A stretch of DNA of 63,711 bases, filler included, from Octopus bimaculoides (taxonomy: Eukaryota), in NCBI RefSeq assembly GCF_001194135.2. It is 10 parts of 10 records of this genome, joined end to end, with 100 filler letters (N's around TTAATTAATTAA, not from the genome) between each part and the next. Parts side by side here need not be neighbours in the genome. Positions count along the whole stretch, not along the records: positions 22,788 to 51,355 come from NC_068988.1; 9 more parts are not named here. One strand, written 5' to 3'. The notes under the pieces were generated by a model. It was given only the letters and a program-made list of their open reading frames with translations, had not been told where the DNA came from and did not search any database. The number at the start of each line of letters is the position of its first letter. Position 1 is the first letter of the stretch. Shown here piece after piece: positions 22,688 to 36,931 of the stretch. Made by a program: the position numbers and the translations under genes.

Positions 22688-25054
22688 NNNNNNNNNNNNN
22701 NNNNNNNNNNNNNNNNNNNNNNNNNNNNNNNTTAATTAATTAANNNNNNNNNNNNNNNNNNNNNNNNNNNNNNNNNNNNNNNNNNNNATATATATATATA
22801 TATATGTAATCCATCTGTATGTAATGATCATGTGTGCATATGCCTATATGTATATATACATGTATATACGAATGCGCGTACATTCATGTGTGTGTGTATA
22901 TGTGTGTGTGTTTGTGTGTGCGTGTGAGTATTATGTCGATATGTGATTACAGTAGATCCAGCTGACAAAAGCGAATTCTAGCTGATCAAAACGAATTGTA
23001 AAAAACACCACGTGACCGACAAATAGATGTGGGAAGAATGGATTTATATTTATCTTGTGTTATCTTTATTAGTAAAGCCATATCATTATTGATTGTTTTT
23101 TTTTATTTTAGAGTTAATTGCTAATTATATTAATTGAATGAAATAATTTCAAATAAAATGAAAATGGTGGTTGTCAATTGGTTATAACGTAAATTAGATG
23201 TCGTTTTTTTCATAAGTATCTAAAACCATATTCGCGTATCGTTATGTTTCATTAAAATATTTGCTTTTAGCATGTGTGGAACAATCAAATCAAAGTTCTT
23301 CTATTGATTGATGTCTTTCATTCGAAACTATTTCGGTCATAATGTTATTATAAACAATAAAATGTAACTCCAAACGAGATTTGAGGTGAGCAAATGTAAG
23401 TGTTTGATTAAACAGAGGCATTTTTTTTTCTTTTTCTTTCTGTGTTCTATAACCTTGCATTCAAGCTAAAGAGACAGCCTGTATAAGGCCATCGCCACTT
23501 ACTACAAAAATAATCAAATGTTCTTCATACGACAGATTAGCGTCTTACCTTAGACCGCATAGGATGCGATCGTCTAGGGTGCTTCAAATCGGAAATGGAT
23601 CAGACATATCTAGAATGATTTTCGTAACAATAATAGTGAGAAAAGTTTCAGACAAGCAATATCGACACCATTCCACCAATTTATCATGAAGAGAGATTAA
23701 GGGTCTGTAAGATGGACGAATGTCTGATATGTTTTTGATATGCTGCAATGTAACAAAGATGGTGTGTGTTTTGAAATTGCCTATAGCCGATAAGATATGT
23801 AAGAAAAGTTAATATCTAGATAGAATGCTAATAAGATCGATTTTCTCCTATTTCAAATGTTAATGATAAACTGTTGCATGGTTTTGGTTCCTTCAAATAG
23901 TTACTTAAATGTACACCTCTTTCTAATTTGTTTTAGTTTTTATGTGCTTACTTCAAAATTAAGAGGTTTCGCTATCGAACTCAAAATCTCGTCGCTGGAA
24001 AGTGTTCCAAAGGCGAATGCCTATAGCTTCTTGATATATTTAAAAATATCTGCTGTTATATATTTTCTTTATTTTTGCAGTTAAAGGGAAAAATACAAGA
24101 CTATGACAGTGATGAAAAATGTCTTTCACATTGCATAATTGATATCGTTATATTTTTGTTTTCATGTTATCCACATTTGATAAGCCTTGATTCTATGTGC
24201 GCTGAGCAATATAAAATGACATGTCTGCTCTTTACTTCAGGCACATTCTGTTTTTCTTCAATTATTTCATGGATTCATACTCAACGTGCAGCAGTCGGTT
24301 TCAATAAAGAAAGAAGAATATAAATAAATAAAAAAAATACTTCTGCTGCTTTCTGTTTCATTCTCACATCAGATTTTTTTATTTTTATGCCTTAGTTATT
24401 TTATGTTGATGTCCAATTTATGTTTTCTGTCTTTGATTTTGTGTGTTGTCTTTGGTTGTCAATGATAGTTGTAGTTTGTTGAATATGTTGTCCCTTGCTA
24501 CTTGGAAATGTATTTTTTCAGCTTCTAGTTATTTCCTACAGCATTTGATGCAGATGTTTCTATGGATTCATGAAATCTTCATTTCACTTCTGCTTTTATT
24601 TTGATATTAAGCTGCCAAACTTTTCATCCTGTGTCGAAAGTGTTGATATTGTGATACGAATGCAAGTTGTTATTTGCTGGATACCAACCAAGCGATCATT
24701 ATTTATTTATTGATATTATCATCACCCTACCGCCAATGCAGCCACCACCACCATCACCATCGTCGTTTTCGTCGTCGTAGTCATCATCATCATCATCATC
24801 ATCATCGTCGTAGTCGTCGTTAGAATTACTATTGCTGTGAGATACCAGATCGCTACGACACCGGGTAAATTTTGCAGCATCGTTTCTTCCTGTTTACCTT
24901 CTGAGCTCAAATCTCGTGGTGAGCTTTGCCTTTCATCCATTCGGGTTTGATGAAATAAATATCATTGAAGTGCTGGGTTTGGTGAAATCCACTACACCTT
25001 ACCCTAAAATTTAAGGCACTGCGCCTATATTATTAATAATTATTATTGGTTTTG

Positions 25055-25081
25055 CTATTATTATTATTATTATTATTATTA

Positions 25082-25155
<74 letters not shown>
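25055..25155. repeat. (ATT)n microsatellite
   Basis: Read directly from sequence. Confidence 0.95.
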
Positions 25156-25500
25156 TGCAAAATCGTTAGCACGCCGGATAAAATGCTCAGTGACATTTCG
25201 TCCGTCTTTACGTTCTGAGTTCAAATTCCGCCGATGTCGATTTTGATTTTGATTCTTTCGGGATCGATAAATTAAGTACCATAGAAACACTGGTGTCGAT
25301 GTACTCAACTAGACCCCTAACGTCCAGCAAACAGCTTCGCGGCGTTTCGTCCGTCTTTTCGATCTCATTTCAAAGTCAGCCAAGGTCGACTTTGCTTTTC
25401 ATAGGTCGATTAAACGAGTACCAGTTGAACATTAGTGTCGATATAATCAACTTATCCCATTCCTCGAAAGTGCTGGTCTTGTGCCAAAATTTGAAGCCAT
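25155..25500 (+). mobile_element. Two tandem diverged SINE family B pieces
   Basis: gcaaaatcgttagcacgccgg...gagttcaaattcc and a second aaggtcgactttgctttt...gtaccagttg. Confidence 0.75.
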
Positions 25501-26050
25501 TCATTTTATTATTTTAGAGTGAGAAGGCAGCGCATGCCATCAAAGTAACACTGGGTATAAATATACGAATGACAATATACCTGCCATGATTAACCGTCTG
25601 ATAAAGGAACATCAAATACATGCGTCACAACTATATATACGCCTCATGATGATCACCTATCAAGATAAACGGTGAAGGACCTTGCAGGTGGGCCCAGTTA
25701 AGGTTTTATTCAGGTTGAGTAGGCCTTCCCACTTAAATGTCACTGAACGAGACTTGTTTAAAAATGATGAACGAAAGACATGTTTTCAGAGATGAATAAT
25801 TCAAACCTCTAAGAATTCGTCTCGACATACGGCAATGATGCTCCTCCATTGCTCCTGCTCGTGATCAGAGATGCACATGTCGTACGCATGCTCAACTGGT
25901 AAAGGTCAAGCAACTGACAGGCAACTCTGTGGTATTGAGCAGAACATCTTTTACACGATGGCAAAGCATGTACCTGATTACAGTTCTAATCAGCTGATTT
26001 ATGGCGATTTTCCCAAATAAGCTGTATTAGCGTTTACCGAGAAATAACGC

Positions 26051-26097
<47 letters not shown>

Positions 26098-26189
26098 CCC
26101 CAAAACAGTATAAAAACATAACGGACGAAAATAAGACATACAGACGGATAGACAATACAAAGATGGACAGGAAGAACCAGGAGGGCACA

Positions 26190-26370
26190 TTCGTGGTTTT
26201 CTTTCATCAGTCAAGCTACATGCACACATTCCCGTCTGCCAAATCCACTTACACGTCTCTGGTGGGCCCGAAGCTAGAATAGAACGTACCTATCTTAGGT
26301 GTCACGCAGTGGGACTGATCCCGGGACCATGTGGTTGAGAACCAAACTTCTTATCTCACAATCACGCTTG
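26190..26370 (-). mobile_element. SINE family A, 5' half
   Basis: ccgtctgccaaatccact...gtcacgcagtgggactgatcccgggaccatgtggttg. Confidence 0.75.
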
Positions 26371-28088
26371 GACTTATATCTGTATATATATGCATATATT
26401 GTATCTCCTGTTAACTTTAATATATGTTTAATATTTTACATAATTTCTTGCACAGCCGTTTATATATTGAAGGAGCTCCAACTTTGCATGAAAGATTTAT
26501 AACTTCATCTCAAATCCCTCAAGTGTCGCTTGAACCAAGGAAACATAACTATCATCCAAAACTATTGTTCCATAACTTTTCTTTTATAGTAAGCGTTTTA
26601 AACTGATAATGATAATGCGATTGCAAAGTCTTCTAAGACAAAACGGTATGATATTATTACAAAACACAGCAAGTCAAAAATTGGCACGCTTCCTATCCTT
26701 ATAAAATCAATATAGAAATATGATTGTATCTCCAGTATTGTTACTTTTTTATGCAAGTACCGGTTTCTTGTACAATGTGTCAAATGTCTATTGTTAATAC
26801 AATAAGGATATATTTATCAAAATGAATATAAATAAATAACAATGAGACCTGTTGAACTGAAAGAGAGATTCTGGCGAATGAAGATTACAGAATAATTTCG
26901 TATCTTATTTGAAAGTCATTTCCCTTAAATTCTGCAAAAAAAGATAAATTGTAAGAATCCATTATATTTCCTTTCAAATCTGAGGGTTTTTAATTTTTAT
27001 ATTATTATTATATTTATTATGCTTTTGTGATAAAAGAAGCAATGGTAGGGAGGAGGAAATGAAATGATTAATGTAAATATATAAGGCGGTGAGGCGGAAA
27101 ATTATGTCTAAGTTCCTTCATTAATGACGCTAACAAAACGCAGAAAAAGTGCAACTGAAATCGGTCTGTTAGCCTATTTCACTATTATCTTACCGGCACA
27201 TGAAAGCAAACACCACAACAAGAAAAAAAACAAACAAAAAGAACAAAACAAAAAAAAGCAGCGAATTGAATCAACAATAATTTATAAGTCGTTTTCCTTG
27301 ACGACCAAATATATTTCTGTTTATATGGGAAAGCTTTGCTGCTAAAGGAATACTGATAAATTATCCGACGATACATATAAGTATATTTATAAATATAGGT
27401 ATATACATATATGTGTGTGTGTGAGTGTGTGTACATATATATATGTGTGTGTATACACATATATGTGTGTATGTGTGTGTGTGCATACCAAATACCACCA
27501 CCATGGCAACAAACAGCAAAATGAGGGGAAATGTAATTGGAAAGTCGCAAAAATTAGGCACATAATTACGAATATTAATTCAGGGAGTTATATTGTTTTG
27601 GCTCTATCTGCTACTGTTTCAGTATTTTAATATTGTCGGTATTGATTTTTCTGGCACAGGGAAACACATTCCACAACCGATTTCAAGTATGGTCTTAAGA
27701 CTACTAACATTTCCTACCGAATTAATAATGTAGAATAAGTAAATTTCTAATTAACAAAATTGAATACCTTGGTACCAGCTAACGATAGCGCCTGTTGGTT
27801 AAATCGATTTGCTTTTACTAGACAAGGGAAATATATCTGTAGTATTAATTTCCTTCGTATAAACACGCAACACAAATCACGACAAACATAAAAGAAGCAC
27901 TTAACATTAACTACAGCTTGGATAAGAAGTGCTTTACGAATAAGTGAAAGAAAGATATGATCGTATACGGAAATTTTACATTACTTGAATATAATAACAC
28001 AATAGAAAATATGTTGTTTTTGTTTGAAGACAAAGCAATACCAACATTGATAATATCACATACGAGTACCAGTCTGTAAAACTTCACT

Positions 28089-28187
28089 CAGCCGAAACGT
28101 TCTGTTAACAACAAACAAGAAGAGGACAAATATCCCTCAAATATAAACAATGTAAATAATTCCTCTTCTCTTAAATATAGAATTGTA
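28089..28187 (+). mobile_element. 5'-truncated third copy of the hammerhead-bearing PLE-type tail
   Basis: cagccgaaacgttctgttaacaacaaacaagaagaggacaaatatccc...aataattcctcttctcttaaatatagaattgtat is homologous to 11204-11303 but lacks the CUGANGA half. Confidence 0.85.
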
Positions 28188-28726
28188 TCATTATTTCCTT
28201 TTTTATTTAATGTTACAGTTTCTATTGTTGGTCAAAGGAGTGCTTTGGTGATGTCTTACTCAGTAATTGGTATGTCATGATACAATTTTTAGCAGGCAGC
28301 TATCAAGGAAATTATGCTGTATTATTCTGCTATCAATGATAACGGATTTAAATATTTAAATATTTATAAATACACGGTCTTACACTTGATTCACACAAAC
28401 ACTGTCAGACATTAAAGTCAGAGGTATTTTGAGACAAAAATATAATAGAGATTTTAATGTCTAGATAGTAATGTCTTAAAATTCTCTGACTCGTGATAGG
28501 CAATGTTTAATGCCTAATGAAACTCAAATGGACAGCATGATCACGTGATGAGTATTTCTGTGATTATTCCGATGAAACCACAATAAATAAATAAATAAAT
28601 CACAGAAAACGGGTCAACAACAGACTCTTCATCCAGAAGATGAAATGCACAGGATCTATAAATGGGATGAACATAGCAAAATTACTACACCTAAGACTAT
28701 TACAGAGGGGGAGCGCTATGCCAGTA

Positions 28727-28966
28727 CGAATATACTTGAGGCACGTTCGAACTGGAGAACAAGCTACTGACTAAAATTTGTCACGGTAAATATATTCCGT
28801 TTGCTGACGTGACCGAAGATGAGATAACTGTTCCGAAATGCTAGTGTCTCACAGTCTGGGTAGATGGCGTTGCGAGCTGATCTAGGTATACAACGGGGTA
28901 TATTTTCCGTGAAAAAACGCAATGTGTAGCTTGTTCCCCAGTTCGAACGTGCCTCAAGCATATTCG
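28727..28966. mobile_element. Fold-back (long-TIR MITE-like) element with adjacent diverged partial tandem copy (~29045-29330)
   Basis: cgaatatacttgaggcacgttcgaactggagaacaagctac vs gtagcttgttccccagttcgaacgtgcctcaagcatattcg, plus inner IR tcacggtaaatatattccgtt vs aacggggtatattttccgtga. Confidence 0.75.
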
Positions 28967-29954
28967 GAGTGATAACAACATTACAATTTTATTTATCACT
29001 GCTTAGCTCTCTCCCTCCGTAATTTACTTTCGGTGAACCACCGTATAGCGCTACCAGTGACAGGAAAAGCATAAGATGGTCAATCTTTTCAATCAGCTCG
29101 TAGCGCCACATGCGTAGTGTCTGTGAACCGTAAAGAAGATAACTACTCCGAAATGCTAGCAACTCACAGTCTGGGTAGGTCGAGCTGCGAGCTGATCTCG
29201 GTGCATACACACCATTTGTCAACAAACGGGATATATTTTCCGTGAGAGAACGCAGTAAGAAGCTTGTCCACCAGCTCAAACGTGCCTCGAGCATATTCGA
29301 ACTGATAGTAACATTACAACATCTAAAACTATATTAGAATACTTTAGATAGCTTAGAGTGGTTTCGGCCATTATCAGCCCAGACCATGACTAACTCGAAG
29401 CGCCACCTGGAAAAATCTTTTAATTAATTATTTTGGTACACCATAGATCACTCAAGCAGAGAGTTGTGGGCTGAGACGTATCCAGGTGTATGTGATTTAT
29501 CCGGTATTTTCTGGAGAAATTTATCCAGAAAACATTTAAAAAGGAAGAAAAAGGCTAATGATTAAATAAGATCCTGATTTAAATAATATTTATATGAATA
29601 AATTTAAACTATTCGTATTTACATACAGACAAACGTTTACATACTCGCACTCACACATATATTCACAAAATCCCCATTCCCATAAACGCAAGTATACACA
29701 CATATATGTATGGGTATACAAACATAGACATACAAACACACATGTATATATGCTGCAGGCATATGTGTGTGTAAAGGGAGGTATAAACATTTAAAATGTC
29801 GAAGAGAGAGAGAAGAGAATAACGATCAGGTAAGTAATGTTATGCGATGTGTAAGACATTAAACTTCTCAAATCGCTTCTTGTGTTTCTCGTTGCCAAAC
29901 GAATTAGAGCGACGGAGTTGAGGAAAGCGAAGTTGATATTTATCGAGAAGAAAG

Positions 29955-30150
29955 TGGTAAGTTGTCGAAATAGTTAACACACCAGGCAAAATGTTTAGTG
30001 GAATTTCGTCTGTTTTTATGTTCTGAGTTCAAATTCCATATTTCGAAGTCGATTAAAGAAATACCAGTTGAGTACTAGAGTTGATACATAATCGACTAAC
30101 CTCTTCCTCGCCACCTCCACCCCAAATTTCAAACATGTCCATATAATACA
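29955..30150 (+). mobile_element. SINE family B, diverged
   Basis: caggcaaaatgtttagtggaatttcgtctg...gagttcaaattcc...ataccagttgagtact. Confidence 0.65.
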
Positions 30151-30376
30151 AAAGGCATTTATTGAGAGTATGAGCGGCCTAACAAGCAATACCTTCTCCC
30201 TTGGTCTTTATGATTATCCGAAACTCTCCCTCCACATTTTCATACCGATTGTAAGTATACGTTCTATATTATTCGATTAAATATCTTTATATAGACTCAT
30301 ATATGAATTTATTCAAAATACCGCTAAGTTACCGCTTTTGTTTACGCGTAAATGTGTGTGTATATGTATAAGTGCA

Positions 30377-30422
<46 letters not shown>

Positions 30423-33279
30423 CACACACAAACACATACGTAATGACAAAAATTGTATTGAAAACTTTAATGATAATGCTATGTATTAATAAAAAGAGAA
30501 ATGCTACAGACGTCAAATTAGAATTATTTCTTAATCAAATTATTTATTCTGACACGTGTTGAGTATTCCAATACAATATTCAGCGGGAAAGAATAATAAT
30601 TTAATTTAAATAATTAAATTACACAAAACAATAAATGTCATATGATTAGAGATATCTCGTTTCTTAGGAAATATCTCCGTTAGTGAAATTAATTTTAATA
30701 TATTCTCTTCAGACTACGTGAAAATAATACGACAGAAATGCACCGTTTAAATAGACAAATTCTCAGTTCTGAACGTGTACAGATTGTTAAATCTGAATCT
30801 ATAGTTCATTAAACAATTTTCAATGCAATGAAAGTGAAAGTGATCCGTCGAACACAGTACAGGCTCAGTTAGTGAGGTATCTCGTCTGTCCTATTTATCT
30901 ATTTTCATTTATTTCTTATTTGGTGCATTTTCAGTCAGGACAGAAAAGTATGTCCCGTGGGTTAACCAAATTCATGAATATGCGCATCTGAAATATGTTA
31001 GGTGTGTGGAATCCCAATTGCAGATCTGCCCCTTCTGTGCGCAAAAGTTTACATCAAGATATTTATAGAAACTNNNNNNNNNNNNNNNNNNNNNNNNNNN
31101 NNNNNNNNNNNNNNNNNNNNNNNNNNNNNNNNNNNNNNNNNNNNNNNNNNNNNNNNNNNNNNNNNNNNNNNNNNNNNNNNNNNNNNNNNNNNNNNNNNNN
31201 NNNNNNNNNNNNNNNNNNNNNNNNNNNNNNNNNNNNNNNNNNNNNNNNNNNNNNNNNNNNNNNNNNNNNNNNNNNNNNNNNNNNNNNNNNNNNNNNNNNN
31301 NNNNNNNNNNNNNNNNNNNNNNNNNNNNNNNNNNNNNNNNNNNNNNNNNNNNNNNNNNNNNNNNNNNNNNNNNNNNNNNNNNNNNNNNNNNNNNNNNNNN
31401 NNNNNNNNNNNNNNNNNNNNNNNNNNNNNNNNNNNNNNNNNNNNNNNNNNNNNNNNNNNNNNNNNNNNNNNNNNNNNNNNNNNNNNNNNTATATATATAA
31501 ATATATATATATATGTATGTATTAATAGATTTGTATGTGTACGTGTGTCGGTATTTACGCATATATGTATGTATATTGTTGACCTTCTACAGTATACCTT
31601 TACGTAGAATTCCATGTCTTTGATCTATAGTATTCTTCATTTGGGGCTGGTAGGTGGACCTTCCTTGAATGTTCATCGATATTACGCTAATTTCTGGTTT
31701 GGGAACTGTATTTGGTTTTTCACATCTAGCTAGATAATTATTTTCTTTATGAAAACAATATATTGTTTTCAGAGTTCTACCTCACAAGCAAAGTAGGAAC
31801 TAGAATATCAGTCAGTGTAACAGCTTCGCTATTCCGTATAGGAGAGGTAATGACTCAACATCTTATGTAATTCTCCAAAGTACATAAAACATACGGTAAC
31901 TGTATAGAATTGTTGTTTTTAAATCATTACAATATAAATATTTGTCCATTTGCAATCAAAAGCACTATACTTGTAACGTTCCACTCTTCTAGATGTATGG
32001 ACAATTACAAATTATGATAAATATTTCTCGCTTGAAAACACCAGGTTGGTTTTTATGAAGTGATTTGCTGTTATTTTGACAGAATCTATAACAACTTAGA
32101 TTAGAATCATCGTTGGCCCATATAAGTTTTAGCATGTCTATGTAGTAAAAACTACAGAAAATCTGAGATATGAACGAATAAATTTAATAGTGGTGATCAA
32201 TTTAGGCTTGAGCAATAATGGCTTTTTAAAATAAGATTTTCTCTGGAATATAATTGTTGCAATTGTGGTCATCCATACACGAAATATAAATTTAGTTAAA
32301 AAATTTATTCTGGTTCCAATTTGTCATTGGGTCACATTGTTCTTAGAATTTATTAGACAAGATTCAAAATGAATTGAAATAACAAAGGGTTTTGTTTTCC
32401 TTATCATTTGAATTTCTCCCTTCCCTCACCTAATTGTGAGAATAAGACAGATCCTTTGTAGTAGTATTTTTATAGGTTATCAGTTTTAGTGTTTTCTCTT
32501 TTATTTTTTTCTTATCTGGTAATGTTACTCCTAACGCACACAAAACGTTTAACAGAATTCATTTTCAATCTTTGTATAATGTTTGAAAACATTAATTGAA
32601 AGGAAGAATAACGAACACAAGAAAAATGTTTTAATTAAAATTCCCCAAAATATTCATTATTATGACAGAAAAATAATAGAAATCCTGTCGCGAAAAAGAA
32701 AAAGAGAGTATCGGTTTCTTCAGAATTTCTTTAAGAGTTAAGCTGAGGTCATGATCAAGAAAAAAGCAGCCATTGTTAATTTTAGTTTAGCTCTTTATAA
32801 ATGAGATTTTAAGCAATATTTAAATATTTTTTTCATTGTTCAATTGAAATCGAGAAATACAGAAATATTCAATTAGCTTTAAGTCGCTATATTACCGATA
32901 GCTTGGCAAATAATGTGTTAGGCAAACAAAAGCAAAGTGGATGTTACGTAGCCCAAAATGGCGCCTTCACACAACAGCGTCATTTAATCAGATACACAAA
33001 AATATTATATGAACTCTGCAGTGTTTTCAGTTTTTAAAACACCTGATAATAAAGTTTCTACAAATACAGTTGACTTCGTTGTATATTTTCTCGTATAGAA
33101 GAGGGAATTACTTCACCAAATCCTAAACAAGCAGAATACAAAAACAAATGCAATATGAAATTTAAATATGTCGTTGGTTTCGCAAAGTATTTTGCCTCAG
33201 CCATAGTGTAAAACTTTTTCTACCATTGGAATTATATTAATGACATCAATATTTATAAGGACATCTCTCTCTCTCTCTC

Positions 33280-33325
<46 letters not shown>

Positions 33326-34269
33326 ATCTCTCTATCTGTCACTCCGTCTTTCTACCGGTTTATATTTATACTTATCTATCTACCTATCGAAAGATGTATA
33401 TATGCTTGTGCCTATGGAAGTAAGTATATATGTAGCTCTCTCGTTCTCCCCCTCTCTCTTTGTATATATACTATCTATCTATCAATATATCTATCGACTT
33501 ACCCATCTATCTATTTATGTATGTGTCTATATTTACTTATTTGCTTTAGTCTGTAGGTCTGGTACCTATTTTGTCGGTTTCTTTTGCCGAACCGATGGTA
33601 AACGGGGATATGAAACAATCGACTGCCAGTGTGGACGAAACAGAAGCACTTACACACATATGCATACACTCATATGGAGTGCTTCCAAACAGTTACCGTC
33701 TACAAACTCTCTCACAAAAAGTCGTTGGTCCGGTGCACTAGAACATGTATATAATTTCACCATTTCTAAAATTGGAACAAATCTGAATATAGTAAACAGT
33801 ACATCAATACCTGAAATGGATGCAGGAAATATTTTGCTATTTATTGTGTCAACCTCGAATCATGGGGCTACAACCTTCCTCTGACACAGTTCCAAAATAT
33901 ATTAAAAACAAGTGCCTAATGAGTAGGCGCAACATTTCTTGGAACATCTAGAGATTTGATAGAGAGCAACTTCCATTTTAGGAAACGAAAACGCTGAATA
34001 TCATAATGGTTCTTCCTTTCCATATCTGATTACAGATATTTTGTTACTTATAATACCAGAAAAAAACAAAATATATATTAGTAGAGAAGTTGAGAAAACT
34101 GTTTTGTTGCAAGATGTGAAATTCACACTCTTACAGACACATACCTATGCGCTATGCGATCGCATATTTGAGCAAGCCAGCAATTAAATCTTTGTCCAGA
34201 AATTCAAGAATGCCCTTATTATTATTTCTGTTCAGCTAGTCATTAAGTTTGCTGCTGTTGCAGGTTAAA

Positions 34270-34450
34270 ATGCTTAACAGGCAGGATATCGTCTGTCCTT
34301 ACGATTGACTTCAATTTCCGCTGAGGTCGATTTTACCTTTCATTTTTGTTTTTGAGATCGATAAAACAAGTACCTGTTGAGCACTTCGGTCGATGTAATC
34401 GACTTAACCTCTCCCCCGTACTTGCTGGCCTTGTTTAAAGATTTGAAACT
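34270..34450 (+). mobile_element. SINE family B, diverged
   Basis: aaatgcttaacagg...ccgctgaggtcgattttacc...gtacctgttgagcact. Confidence 0.65.
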
Positions 34451-34689
34451 GATACTATTATTTCTACTGAACTGCTATTTCTACCATATGCATCCGCATA
34501 TGGATCCGCATATGCTTATTCCTATTGCTGAATTTGAACCATCTGAAGCAACGATACAATACATTACACACATACACCCACACACTCACATGATACAAAG
34601 AGACACTCATACACATACTTACACTCACAAGCTACACAGAAACACGCACAGACACATAGATAGATATAAATATGGACATATACATATTT

Positions 34690-34870
<181 letters not shown>

Positions 34871-35174
34871 TGGAAATCATGAATGGCAATAGGATTGCAC
34901 AATCCAGACAAGGTTGTTTATGGAAGACCAGCTGTCGACCAGGCATACGAGATTCCCCTCTCCACACCACCGACGTTATGCAGAGGAAAGGCAAAGGCCG
35001 ACACAGCTTGACACCAGTAACGTCTCAACTCATTTCTACAGCTTAGAAAACTGGAGCAATGTAAAATTAAGTGTATTGCTCCAGCCCTGTCCGGTAATCT
35101 AACTTATTCTCTCAGGATTCTAAGCCCGACACTTTAACCACTGAACCATGCACAATATATACATACATATATAC

Positions 35175-35213
<39 letters not shown>

Positions 35214-35562
35214 NNNNNNNNNNNNNNNNNNNNNNNNNNNNNNNNNNNNNNNNNNNNNNNNNNNNNNNNNNNNNNNNNNNNNNNNNNNNNNNNNNNNNNN
35301 NNNNNNNNNNNNNNNNNNNNNNNNNNNNNNNNNNNNNNNNNNNNNNNNNNNNNNNNNNNNNNNNNNNNNNNNNNNNNNNNNNNNNNNNNNNNNNNNNNNN
35401 NNNNNNNNNNNNNNNNNNNNNNNNNNNNNNNNNNNNNNNNNNNNNNNNNNNNNNNNNNNNNNNNNNNNNNNNNNNNNNNNNNNNNNNNNNNNNNNNNNNN
35501 NNNNNNNNNNNNNNNNNNNNNNNNNNNNNNNNNNNNNNNNNNNNNNNNNNNNNNNNNNNNNN

Positions 35563-35648
<86 letters not shown>

Positions 35649-36893
35649 GAATACGTATACATATATGTATGTGCACCTATCGATATATATGTGCGAGTGT
35701 GGAGAGTGCGTAGGAGTTAATGCTGATGGCGAAATACTTAAAAGTTTGTTTTACAATAGACACACAAATTATACAAAACAAGATTACCAATAACAGTTAT
35801 TTACAGTGTTAGATGATTACCTGTGAAGTAAATTTAGTGACATTTTGTATTACTGGATTTTTATAATTTTTTTTTCCTTTAGTTGTTCTATGTAACGATA
35901 ATTTAACTAATAACTTTGGATGTCGTAGCATCACGTTGTTATAAAATAATTAAAATAGTAAAATGATTTCGAATAAAAAAGAATACGCCTACAATTCTAT
36001 GTCTGTCTGTGTCTGCATTTTGTCTGCTTCACACATTCTCTCTTCCTCATTCCTCTCTCTCTGTTTCTCTCTCCTATTCTCTCTATCACTCTCTCTCCCT
36101 CTTCTCAAACTCCATCACTCTTTCAATAATTTCATACACACAGCAACGTTCAGCATTTGTCAATTACGGTACAATACTGAAAAAGAGTTATTACAAATAT
36201 GTTGTTTCATACGTAACGTCAAGGAAAATGCATGGTTCTCATTGTTTTTAAACGTGACACCTCCTCACACACAACCATGCTAAAAATAGGGTATCATCAA
36301 CGAAGCTCAATACGGTTCTGATATCGATGGTCATTTCCAGAAGTTTCAAGCTGTATTCTCATTGGACATATTGCCGTATCGTAACGTAAAGAAACTCAAC
36401 CATACGTGCGTAATCAAAATTTAATGAAAGTTCATTAACAGTATTACCTAACTCATAATTTTAGATGATATTACGCGTACGTCAATAGATGAAAATAGTT
36501 TCGATGTATTCCTCCCTCCATCCATCCATTCGTTCATTCATACATGCATAAAGAGGAGTACTGGTGCAATGTCTCAGTGAAAACCACCATAAAATGTAAA
36601 CACAAGAGATCTGATGTAATGATTTGGGATAGAGTTGTGGAAAGCAGCTGCTCAGCGAATGTTAACATAAAGCTAAAGATCAGCAGTTCATGTTTATACC
36701 TGTAATTATGGGGGCCCTAGTATATGTAACACAGTGCCTGAGTAATAATCTCGAGAAAGCTTAGGCAGTGCTCCAGCATCGCCGCTGTCAAATAGCTGAA
36801 ACAAATAAAATAATAAAAGGAGTATATATTTATTTACTCGTACTGGCACATACATTTACATACGCAAACGAACTCACACAAACGGACGTACAT

Positions 36894-36931
<38 letters not shown>

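Noticed and set aside
24075-24323. ORF preceded by a pyrimidine tract and CAG
   Set aside because: No recognisable protein, no clear donor, background composition.
28800-28845. Hammerhead-like words (ctgacgtga...gatgag...ccgaaa) in the fold-back core
   Set aside because: No intact CUGANGA and no stem II, and not conserved in the tandem partner copy.
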